Positions 18,396-25,898 of a DNA stretch of 46,598 nucleotides are shown piece by piece. The notes below the pieces were generated by a model, which was not told where the DNA came from, did no database searches, and saw nothing but the letters and a program-made list of their open reading frames with translations. The DNA is taken from contig JBDGSE010000030.1 of the NCBI GenBank assembly GCA_042217695.1, forward strand, positions 1 to 46,598. Direction: 5' to 3'. The position numbers and the translations under genes are program-made. The stretch is from Candidatus Nanohaloarchaea archaeon. Its GTDB lineage: Archaea > Nanohalarchaeota > Nanosalinia > Nanosalinales > Nanosalinaceae. The number at the start of each line of letters is the position of its first letter. The first letter of the stretch is position 1.

Positions 18396-18862
18396 TCGAA
18401 CTTGAACTCTCCGTCAAGCAGGAGATGTGAGGCAAGACCTATCCCCGCTGCAAGCCCTGGAACCGGTGTGAAAAGAGTGTAGGCGCTCCCAAGCACCAGC
18501 ACCGCCGTCACCATAAGACCGAAAGTTATGGAATGAGCGAAACCTCTGTGCCTCAGCCTCAGATGTGAAAAGGTGACGTAGACCAGAAGGAAAACAGCTG
18601 CAGCGGCCGAGAACCTGAGATGGATGGGCAATGGGGCGAAAAGTATCACGGACAGCGCAGTTCCAAGGCTGAGAAACGCCTTCGCCGCCCTGTGGACGTA
18701 GGAATTCTTGTGGTCTATATCCGGCAGGACGGAGCCCACTACCAGGGCTATCGATGAGGCCACCATCTCGTACACCCTGAAGTCCAGCAGACCTCTCGAA
18801 AAATAGGAGACTATCGCAGCTGCCAGGAAACCGAAAAGCACGTGTTCCGTGAAGTCACCCAT
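18392..18862 (-). CDS. Membrane metal-dependent hydrolase (YdjM-like)
   Basis: EH, GSVLPDID, HRGFAHS, SHLLLD motifs. Confidence 0.88.
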   Translation of the reverse strand: MGDFTEHVLFGFLAAAIVSYFSRGLLDFRVYEMVASSIALVVGSVLPDIDHKNSYVHRAAKAFLSLGTALSVILFAPLPIHLRFSAAAAVFLLVYVTFSHLRLRHRGFAHSITFGLMVTAVLVLGSAYTLFTPVPGLAAGIGLASHLLLDGEFKFD

Positions 18863-18885
18863 AAGAAAAGAACCGGGCCAAGAGG

Positions 18886-19176
18886 TTAAATTTGCCGGTA
18901 CTGTTCCAGGGTTTCATCGCTGAAACCGGCGGCTTCGTCCATAAGAAACCTTTCGATATCCCGGACGGCCTGGCCGGAGTCCTCGGCATACCCGGAACCC
19001 TCATCCGACTCGTAAACTATTACACCAGACCCATCACGCCTATAAGTTCTGAAACTGTACTCTCCAACAGACGCAACAAATTCAATCCGCTCAAAACTGT
19101 TTTCAAGGTCTGAAACCGGTCCAGAATTGAAATCGATGTTGTACCTGGATTTTAGCTCTTCCAGAACATCCTCCAT
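18886..19176 (-). CDS. Hypothetical protein
   Basis: Acidic ORF from MEDVLEEL (19176), TTTAAA box about 24 nt upstream. Confidence 0.7.
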   Translation of the reverse strand: MEDVLEELKSRYNIDFNSGPVSDLENSFERIEFVASVGEYSFRTYRRDGSGVIVYESDEGSGYAEDSGQAVRDIERFLMDEAAGFSDETLEQYRQI

Positions 19177-19250
19177 ACAGACTTCTTCACACCCGAGGAA
19201 TTTAAACCTGTTTCCGGGTTTCTGCCGGCCTCCATAAGCTCTCCAGACAG

Positions 19251-19631
19251 TCAGAGCTCCAGCCCGTACGCCAGCAATACAGCCGTGACGCCGCTCGCGG
19301 CCGCTGACGGTATTCCCAGCGTGGAAGGGAAAAGCGTGGGGTCTCCGAACAGCCACTGGGTGGACGCCTTCACAAGAGAGATGGAAACCGCCACGACCAG
19401 GACAAGGGCCAGCGGAGTATGTTCGTCCACCTCCTCGAGGAAATAGCTGCCGCTGAAAGCCGTGAAGAACACCACGAGTGCGGAAGCGTAGGCCCCTGCA
19501 CTTGCCAGCTGCGTTATGGAGGCGCCTGAAAACAGCTGGAGCGTGAGAGGGACACCCATGACCCACAGAGAGAACACAAGATGCGGTCTGTCCCTGTAGG
19601 CCTTGGATGAAAACTCCAGTTCCAGCGGCAT
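19251..19631 (-). CDS. Hypothetical membrane protein (about 4 TM)
   Basis: Hydrophobic segments; AT-rich box upstream. Confidence 0.7.
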   Translation of the reverse strand: MPLELEFSSKAYRDRPHLVFSLWVMGVPLTLQLFSGASITQLASAGAYASALVVFFTAFSGSYFLEEVDEHTPLALVLVVAVSISLVKASTQWLFGDPTLFPSTLGIPSAAASGVTAVLLAYGLEL

Positions 19632-19779
19632 AACTAGATTTGGTGGCCGGAATAAAAATAGACCGGCCTATATCCGGGATTCCAGGTCTTCCCTCCTGTT
19701 GCTGGCACCGGGAAAAGAAGGCACTCCCATCGTTTAACAGTAAACCCTGGCAGTTCCGGGGAAAAAAGAAGGAGAAGAT

Positions 19780-20994
19780 TTAACGGAGATGCCGCTCCAG
19801 TTCTTCCTCTTCCACCTCCCTGGTGTCGCCGGAGCGGTCCTCGAGTTCTATCTCGCCGGTCTCCAGGTAGCGGTTGCCTATCACGAGCTTTCTCCCTATC
19901 CCCAGGAGGTCGGACTCGGCGAACTGTTCCCCCACCGACATCTGGTCGTAGAGCAGCACGTCGAACTCCCCGGAAAGCCTGTCGTAGAGCTGTTCCGCTT
20001 TCTCTCTAGCGCGGTCCTCGTGCCGGGCCACGACTATGGATACCTCAAAGGCGGATACCTCCTGATTCCAGGTTATCCCCCGGGAATCATGGTTCTGCTC
20101 TATGATGGCCGCGATAAGCCGGGTGACTCCTATACCGTAGGAGGCCATCAGGACGTTCTCCTGTTCGCCGTCCGCGGTGGCAAAATCCAGGTCCATGGCC
20201 TCGCTGTAACGCGTGCCGAGTTCGAACAGGTGGCCTATCTCTATGCCACTGACCTCTTCAAGCTCTGAACCGCAGGACTCGCAACGGGAGGCTTCGAGCT
20301 CCCTGGTGCCGTACTCACACCTCCTGCATTTCATGTAGCTGTCGCTCCCGGCTTCCGATTCCGCCAGGAACTCGTGTGAACGGGATCCTCCCATCGAGCC
20401 GTTGTCCGCCTCCACGACCGAGTAATCCAGCCCCAGCCTGTCGAAGATGTTTCTGTAGACGGAGAGGAATTCGTCGTACTTTTCCCTCAGCGAGTCCCTG
20501 TCTTCGTGGAAGCTGTATGCATCCTTCATCAGGAACTCTTTCGTCCTTAAAAGGCCTTTCCTGGCGCGGTCGTCCCGGAACTTCTTCCCTATCTGGTAGA
20601 AGACCAGGTCCAGGTCGCGATAGGAACGGATGTAGTCCCTGGCGAGTTCCACCGCGGCCTCTTCATGGGTCGCTGCTATCGTGAACTGTTTTCCGTCCCT
20701 GTTCTCCAGGTGGAAGAACTCATCGCCCTCGAAGTTCTTCCAGCGACCGCTCTTCCGCCATATATCGCTGTTCTGCAGCACGTTCATCCTGACCTCCTGC
20801 GCGATGTCATCGATCTCTTCATGTATGACGGACTCGATGTTTTCCAGGACGCGGTGGCCCATGTGGGAGAACGCAAACGTGCCGGAGCCGTAGCTGTGGA
20901 CCAGCCCGGCGCGGAGCGCAAGCTCCTCGCTTTTACAGCTCGTGTCGGCCCGGGACTGCTTGGACGAGGTCACGAACAGCTCGCTGCGCCTCAC
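19780..20994 (-). CDS. proS: Proline--tRNA ligase, bacterial type, no INS editing domain, proline-free sequence
   Basis: W..SGRW, THEE, SYRDL, YQI..KFRD...GLLR..EF.MKDAYSFH, GIEIGH.F.LG..YS, YGIGVTR, anticodon-binding domain; GTG start with GAGGTG SD. Confidence 0.95.
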   Translation of the reverse strand: MRRSELFVTSSKQSRADTSCKSEELALRAGLVHSYGSGTFAFSHMGHRVLENIESVIHEEIDDIAQEVRMNVLQNSDIWRKSGRWKNFEGDEFFHLENRDGKQFTIAATHEEAAVELARDYIRSYRDLDLVFYQIGKKFRDDRARKGLLRTKEFLMKDAYSFHEDRDSLREKYDEFLSVYRNIFDRLGLDYSVVEADNGSMGGSRSHEFLAESEAGSDSYMKCRRCEYGTRELEASRCESCGSELEEVSGIEIGHLFELGTRYSEAMDLDFATADGEQENVLMASYGIGVTRLIAAIIEQNHDSRGITWNQEVSAFEVSIVVARHEDRAREKAEQLYDRLSGEFDVLLYDQMSVGEQFAESDLLGIGRKLVIGNRYLETGEIELEDRSGDTREVEEEELERHLR

Positions 20995-21270
20995 CCGAAG
21001 ACACCTCGACGAGTTCTAGAAAGGTTTTGCGTTGTTTGCAAAAGCTCCGTGATGTGGTACGCCCTCTTTTGAAACGCATCCTTCTCCGAAGAGAAGGTGT
21101 GCTCAAACTGTAACCTGTGCAGGGTACAGCGGAACGCGCCCACCTCTAGCTGTCGAATCCATAGAAATCACATCGATATGCCAACGGCTCATCAAACTGT
21201 CAAGTTCATATACGCGGAACACATTCACCGTCAAGCATAGATTAAATAATTAGTTACGCTGATACTTAAA
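20995..21270 (-). promoter_or_regulatory. proS promoter and ~245-nt structured 5' leader with uORFs
   Basis: TTTAAGTA at 21270-21263; uORFs 21238-21206, 21209-21192 and 21192-21103; C(UUCG)G hairpin 21097-21080; SD 21007-21002. Confidence 0.65.
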
Positions 21271-21353
21271 ACTTGTCATACATCCAAGACCCTCCAGAGA
21301 GTTCAATCCAGATGAACAGCTTGGTGCACGGGTTCAAGCTACGGAACTCCTTC

Positions 21354-21458
21354 TTACCCAGGGTGCCGCCTCCCGATCAGCTCAGCGGTTTTACCGGAGA
21401 ACATGCACCCGATCACGACCGCGCAGGAAAAACTGTGGAAGACGCCAGGCCCGAACAC
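21354..21458 (-). pseudogene. tdk: Thymidine kinase N-terminal remnant
   Basis: Manual translation ...AVVIGCMFSGKTAELIGRRHPG* matches the TK1 P-loop G.MFSGKT.EL; stop follows. Confidence 0.7.
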
Positions 21459-21484
21459 CTTAATTTACCGGCCTTGACGTGAAG

Positions 21485-21570
21485 CGTCGGGGGCGGGATT
21501 TGAACCCGCGTGGGCTTATCGCCCAGTAGCTTAGCAAGCTACCGCAATGACCAGGCTATGCGACCCCGAC
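21485..21570 (-). tRNA. tRNA-Ser(GCU)
   Basis: Acceptor GTCGGGG/CCCCGAC, anticodon arm GTAGC-TTGCTAA-GCTAC, long variable arm TGGGC-GATAA-GCCCA, T arm GCGGG-TTCAAAT-CCCGC. Confidence 0.97.
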
Positions 21571-21607
21571 ACGGTTACAGGTTGTCAGGCAAAAGTTTAA
21601 AATCTGC

Positions 21608-22018
21608 TCAGCTGTACCGGATCCCGGACAGCGTGTATCTGGCTTTCACCAGAGGTATCTTCAGCAGAAACCCTATAGTGGAGCGGTTGCTTTCCATGAA
21701 CGCTTCCTCCAGGGCGTCCTCGTGCCGGTTCCTGTAGTCGGTGTAGAGCGAGAGAGCCTCTTCCTTGGTGCAGCCCTCTTTTTTTTCTTCGCGGTCGCTC
21801 CTTATCTCTTCCTCCAGATCTTTCCTGTCGTCTATGAATTCTTCAGCGGTTATTTCTCCGTTCTGGTATGCTTCGGCCAGCTCGTTGAGCTCTTCCGATA
21901 CCTGGCTCCACTCTGAAGAAGTTATACGGCCTGTGCGTAGAAGAAGTATTACCAGGCGCTGTTCAGTCCTCATATAGGAGTCGACAAATCCTTTCACTAT
22001 TCTCTCTCGCAGTCTCAT
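21608..22018 (-). CDS. Hypothetical helical protein
   Basis: 136-aa ORF, SHOCT-like LAEAYQNGEITAEEF. Confidence 0.7.
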   Translation of the reverse strand: MRLRERIVKGFVDSYMRTEQRLVILLLRTGRITSSEWSQVSEELNELAEAYQNGEITAEEFIDDRKDLEEEIRSDREEKKEGCTKEEALSLYTDYRNRHEDALEEAFMESNRSTIGFLLKIPLVKARYTLSGIRYS

Positions 22019-22118
22019 CTAAAACAGTTTTAATCGAGAAAAACTTAAAATCTGCGGGTCTTTTGGCAAATTATTTAAGTTTCTGAGGAACTATTTGAGT
22101 TGTAGGAGTGGTAAATAG

Positions 22119-22391
22119 ATGGCAGAAAACATCCTCGACTTTTCTGATGTGAAGAACAAGGACGTCTTCACAGAGAAAGGGTCGTACTGCGGTAAGCTGA
22201 GAGACGTTGAAATCAACCTTGGAAAGTTTGCGGTAAGGGCTGTGGTTGTAGCGGCCGAGAAAGGTTCCTACCTGGCCCAGAAGGTCGGTGGAGCCAAGAA
22301 CGTCGTCATCCCGTACCATATGGTGGAGTCCGTGGATGATGTCATCATGATCAAGGACTTCCAGACATCGGAAGTGGATGAAGGCGAGTAA
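22119..22391 (+). CDS. PRC-barrel protein (CdpB-like)
   Basis: KDVFTEKGSYCGKLRDVEI...VVIPY..V.SV.DVIMI; GGAG SD-like upstream. Confidence 0.88.
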   Translation: MAENILDFSDVKNKDVFTEKGSYCGKLRDVEINLGKFAVRAVVVAAEKGSYLAQKVGGAKNVVIPYHMVESVDDVIMIKDFQTSEVDEGE

Positions 22392-22400
22392 TCCGGGAGC

Positions 22401-22700
22401 ATGTTTCTAGAAGCACTGCTTGGTACGGGCAGAGAAGTTGTGAGCAAGTCCTGGACTGCTGCAACTGTTCTATCCAAGTACATAGTTCTGCTGGTGGGTG
22501 CCAGGCTGGCATACGAAAGACGTCTTGATGTCGAGGACTTTCGAGAGGAGCTGCTGAAGCACTCGCGTCCCGCCATATATCTTTTCCTGGCGGCCGGGGC
22601 CGGGCTCGCCCTGACCGGCGTAACGGTTGAGCCTTTCCTGCTGTTCTTCAGTCAGCTGGCGGCACTCGGTTTTCTGGCATTCCTTTTCTGGAGTTACTGA
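22401..22700 (+). CDS. Small membrane protein
   Basis: Three hydrophobic segments, GGGAG upstream. Confidence 0.7.
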   Translation: MFLEALLGTGREVVSKSWTAATVLSKYIVLLVGARLAYERRLDVEDFREELLKHSRPAIYLFLAAGAGLALTGVTVEPFLLFFSQLAALGFLAFLFWSY

Positions 22701-23023
22701 TCCAGTCTTTTCTGGACTTCCTCGTACCAGCTGTCGAGCGCCTGGCTTGCGATCTCTCTAAGTTCGTCGATGGGGAGCGTGGTGTAAACGTAGTAAACTG
22801 TTTTATCGGTCTTGCCCTCCCGCATCACAAGGTCCTTGTCCAGCATGTCTTGCAGGGCTCTCTGGACCGTGGAACGGTTCCTGTCGACCTGGTCCGCGAG
22901 CTCCTGAACCGTCAACTGGCTGTCACGCAGTTCCTCGAAGACATCTTTTTGCAGCGAGTTAAGGTCAAAAACATCGAAAATTATCTCTCTGTCCTCCTTC
23001 CCCTCCAGATCCAAAAACTCCAT
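22694..23023 (-). CDS. TrmB-like HTH transcriptional regulator
   Basis: LTVQELADQVDRNRSTVQRALQDMLDKDLV...YYVY. Confidence 0.88.
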   Translation of the reverse strand: MEFLDLEGKEDREIIFDVFDLNSLQKDVFEELRDSQLTVQELADQVDRNRSTVQRALQDMLDKDLVMREGKTDKTVYYVYTTLPIDELREIASQALDSWYEEVQKRLDQ

Positions 23024-23054
23024 ATCTACCCTTTGGCGGATTTAATAATAAAAA

Positions 23055-23264
23055 TTAGCCCCCGGCGATAACATCGAAAACCCTTATCCTGTCGCCGTTC
23101 TCCAGTTCGTGTCTGTCCGATACTATGGTGCCGTCCTTCGACACCAGCACCTCCTGGACAGGCACGCCTTCGGATTCAAGCAGTTCTCCGACACTGGAAC
23201 CCTCGAACTCCACCTTTCTCTCCTTCCGGGAGTCCAGATCGTCTCTCACCAGCGTGACCTTCAT
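23055..23264 (-). CDS. MoaD/ThiS ubiquitin-like protein (SAMP-like)
   Basis: 69 aa beta-grasp pattern, C-terminal VIAGG. Confidence 0.9.
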   Translation of the reverse strand: MKVTLVRDDLDSRKERKVEFEGSSVGELLESEGVPVQEVLVSKDGTIVSDRHELENGDRIRVFDVIAGG

Positions 23265-24115
23265 ACTTCGAGCACACCTGTCCTTGCGGCGTGAAAGATA
23301 TATTCCTGTGCGTAGCCCGCGTCCTTTCCGAACCGGGCGCGAAAGTTTTTTGACAGCTCAGCGTAGCTGTCCGAGTATAAATCGGGGTAGTGCGCCTTCA
23401 CGGCTTTCATGGCCCAGGTATCGAAGGGTGCGGCCTCGTGGAAACCCTGGGAGAACAGCAGTACGCAGTCCGCCACCTTGTTGCCCACGCCGTAAAGCCG
23501 TTTCATCTCCTCCCGTGCGGCCTCGTAGTCTTTCTCTTGTAGTTCCTCCAGGCTGAAATCTTCCAGCCGGTCGAGCGTCTCGACTATGTACTTCGCGCGA
23601 TATCCGACGCCGAGGTCTCTCAATTCGTCCTCGGTCGCATCCGAGAGCTCCTCCTGCGTGGGGAAGCGCTGGAGTCTCCGGCCCTCCACCTCCACTTCTT
23701 CCCCATAATTCTTCGCGATGGCGTCGTACATCTGTTTTATGCGGGGGATACTCATCTGCGGGGACAGGAGGTACGACATGAGCGTGGGGAAGAACTCGTC
23801 TTTCAGAACTCTGAGCCCCCAGAGTTCTTTTCTAGCGGCCTCTAGTTTCTCATCCTCGGGAAAACCCGCGAAGACCTCCTCCAGGTCTCTGTGAAGGCCA
23901 AGGGCCTCGACCACCTCTTCCCGCGGAAGCGAGGTCTTGACTTCCAGGCCGTTGTCCTCCTCCACTATCAGCGGTTCCCCTCTGCGGAAAGTGTAAAACC
24001 TGGAGGGTCCCTCTCCGTACAGATCTCCGTTAAAACGGTTCCAAGTGAACGTCTGGCCGCAGGTCATGGTCTGCTCCAGATCAAAGTTTTCCGGCTCAAG
24101 TTTGAACTCTCTCAT
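23261..24115 (-). CDS. 8-oxoguanine DNA glycosylase (OGG1-like, HhH-GPD)
   Basis: CGQTFTW, FPT, LGVGYRAKYI, GVGNKVADCVLLF, PFDTW, AGYAQEYIF. Confidence 0.92.
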   Translation of the reverse strand: MREFKLEPENFDLEQTMTCGQTFTWNRFNGDLYGEGPSRFYTFRRGEPLIVEEDNGLEVKTSLPREEVVEALGLHRDLEEVFAGFPEDEKLEAARKELWGLRVLKDEFFPTLMSYLLSPQMSIPRIKQMYDAIAKNYGEEVEVEGRRLQRFPTQEELSDATEDELRDLGVGYRAKYIVETLDRLEDFSLEELQEKDYEAAREEMKRLYGVGNKVADCVLLFSQGFHEAAPFDTWAMKAVKAHYPDLYSDSYAELSKNFRARFGKDAGYAQEYIFHAARTGVLEV

Positions 24116-24141
24116 GGAGAAAGTTGTAGAGAAAAACTATT

Positions 24142-24318
24142 TCAGTCCTTGCGGGTGTACCTGAAGAAGCCCGTCTTCTCATCGTCGTCCGGAGTCTTCT
24201 TCCGGAAGGTCTTCGCCTTGGAACGCTTGTAGCTGCGACCGCATCTGTGACACTTTATCCGTTTCTCGGCCTCAGATTTCTGCTTGAAGCCGCAATCAGG
24301 GCACTGGTAGTAGACCAT
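24142..24318 (-). CDS. Small basic zinc-ribbon protein (58 aa)
   Basis: CPDCG...CHRCG; start at MVYYQ (24318). Confidence 0.75.
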   Translation of the reverse strand: MVYYQCPDCGFKQKSEAEKRIKCHRCGRSYKRSKAKTFRKKTPDDDEKTGFFRYTRKD

Positions 24319-24334
24319 GTAAATGTTTTCTCGT

Positions 24335-24694
24335 TCAACGTGAAAAACTCTTTGGGACGTGGAACAGATGGGAACCACAGGCGCAGTCACTGGCGCCGAA
24401 ACCGTCTACCGGCCGGGCGAACCGGGAAAATATGTCGGCCAGGACGCACTCGTGTTCCGAGGTCTCCGGCAGTATGAAGTGATCGAACGCCTCCGCTTCT
24501 TCCGAAAAGTAGTCGATATGCCAGTGTCTGTTCTCTGTCCGGGAGTAGTGCCTTTCAAGCCTTCTCTCCACCGAGTTCATAGCCGATCCGACGTAGATGT
24601 ACGTGCCCGGGGAAAACTTTTTGCGGCCGAGAGCACCTATAGTTATTTCCCTGCCCTGTTCCAGCTCCAGGAAGACCGCGTAGACCGCTTTCAT
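24335..24694 (-). CDS. GIY-YIG nuclease (DUF123)
   Basis: YIYVGSA, RLERH, HWHIDY, EC, FGASDC.CGSHL. Confidence 0.92.
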   Translation of the reverse strand: MKAVYAVFLELEQGREITIGALGRKKFSPGTYIYVGSAMNSVERRLERHYSRTENRHWHIDYFSEEAEAFDHFILPETSEHECVLADIFSRFARPVDGFGASDCACGSHLFHVPKSFSR

Positions 24695-24745
24695 ACTCAG
24701 GGTTTCGAGGAAAAGCTTTTAGTCGGCACTCCCCAGTATATCTTC

Positions 24746-25039
24746 ATGAAGGAAAAGGTGAAAAAGGGCGTTTTAACAGGTCTGGGTTTTTCAGGGCTCG
24801 CCTTCCTCACCGTGAAGCTCCTGGGATTCAACAGGAAAAGTTTCATGGTTCTTTCGTATCTCTACGTCGCCTCGGGAGTCGTAATAACCATCATACACGA
24901 GAAAACATTCTTGAAAGGCTTCCTGGAACGGCTGGCCGGCAACATAGTCATTGTTGAGGAAGGAGAAGAGGTGGTTTTACGAAGGATATTCACCGGTGAA
25001 AAATATGAAATAAAGGGGAGCCTGGAGAAGGTTCAGTAG
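24746..25039 (+). CDS. Small membrane protein
   Basis: ATG 24746, two TM segments. Confidence 0.6.
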   Translation: MKEKVKKGVLTGLGFSGLAFLTVKLLGFNRKSFMVLSYLYVASGVVITIIHEKTFLKGFLERLAGNIVIVEEGEEVVLRRIFTGEKYEIKGSLEKVQ

Positions 25040-25872
25040 CTCTCCCTGGCGATCCTGTCTCCGCTGGAGTCGTAGAGCGTGGCAGTGTCCCCGCCGTTGT
25101 TCCAGACGGTGCTTGTGCCCCAGTAGAGCTCTGAGCCAGTGTCCTCTCCATCCCCCGTGTACAAGACGAGTTCCTCTCCCGGCGAGAGTTTGACGGCCGG
25201 GAAAGTGTAGGCGGCGTCCTCTGCATCCTCTATCCTCCACCCGTCCAGGTTAACTTCCCTGGTCCCGGAGTTAGTTAGCCGTACCTTCTCCGGTCCGTCG
25301 GGAGTCACCTCGAGCGCGATATCGGGTCTGAGCTGTGCCCTTGCATCCTGGTTGAGTTCATCGATCCGCGATTTTTTCTGCCTCATGAGTTCTCTGAGTT
25401 CCCGTGCGGCTTCCTCAACTTTTTCCCTGTCAGTGCCCGTGAAACTCTCGGTTATCGCACCACCCTGCTTTTCCCGGATAAGAGTTCCTGAGGGAGTGGT
25501 CACTGTTTCACGGACTCCTGCAGGAGACCTCTCTATAACGAGTTCTCCCGAGGGAGAGGTAAGGGTGTAGACCGTGCCCGACGGCTTCCTCTCTATCGAA
25601 AGTCGGGCCCCGGGCGTTTCAAGCGAAACGTTCGTACTCCCTGGCGACACCTCCTCCACGAACTGCCGGAAAGCGTTGCCCGCGGTGTGTACGAACCGGG
25701 ACTGTGTCAGCTCCGTCGACTCCGAGGCAGGCATTTCAGCACCAGAAATACGACTTACAGGTGCGGAAAAGTTTGCTGCATCGTTTAAACTCGATGAAGC
25801 TGCAGGAATAGATACAAGACCAACTATGATTGACGCCATAGCCATTGCTTCAGATATAGTGGCCATACTCAC
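25033..25872 (-). CDS. Secreted/surface protein with beta-hairpin repeats, coiled coil and lamin-tail domain
   Basis: Hydrophobic N-terminus; C-terminal E.V.L.N.G...VNLDGW.I.D...YTFP...WNNGGDTATLYD. Confidence 0.88.
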   Translation of the reverse strand: MSMATISEAMAMASIIVGLVSIPAASSSLNDAANFSAPVSRISGAEMPASESTELTQSRFVHTAGNAFRQFVEEVSPGSTNVSLETPGARLSIERKPSGTVYTLTSPSGELVIERSPAGVRETVTTPSGTLIREKQGGAITESFTGTDREKVEEAARELRELMRQKKSRIDELNQDARAQLRPDIALEVTPDGPEKVRLTNSGTREVNLDGWRIEDAEDAAYTFPAVKLSPGEELVLYTGDGEDTGSELYWGTSTVWNNGGDTATLYDSSGDRIARESY

Positions 25873-25898
25873 TCATATGTGGAGAGGGTTTATATATC

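Noticed and set aside
19668..19730. 20-aa minus-strand ORF MGVPSFPGASNRREDLESRI after proS
   Set aside because: No supporting homology or motif
5998..21223. Shared 11-mer CGCGGAACACA in the tRNA-Asp trailer and the proS leader
   Set aside because: Repeated 11-mers are expected by chance in 46 kb
20995..21240. T-box riboswitch upstream of proS
   Set aside because: GGTG-containing stretches exist, but there is no UGGNACC antiterminator bulge and no recognisable stem I/specifier loop
21273..21482. Plus-strand 69-aa ORF
   Set aside because: TTG start, no motifs; the opposite strand has the TK motif
19632..21570. Intact integrative element at tRNA-Ser carrying proS
   Set aside because: No integrase and no convincing repeat of the tRNA 3' end found
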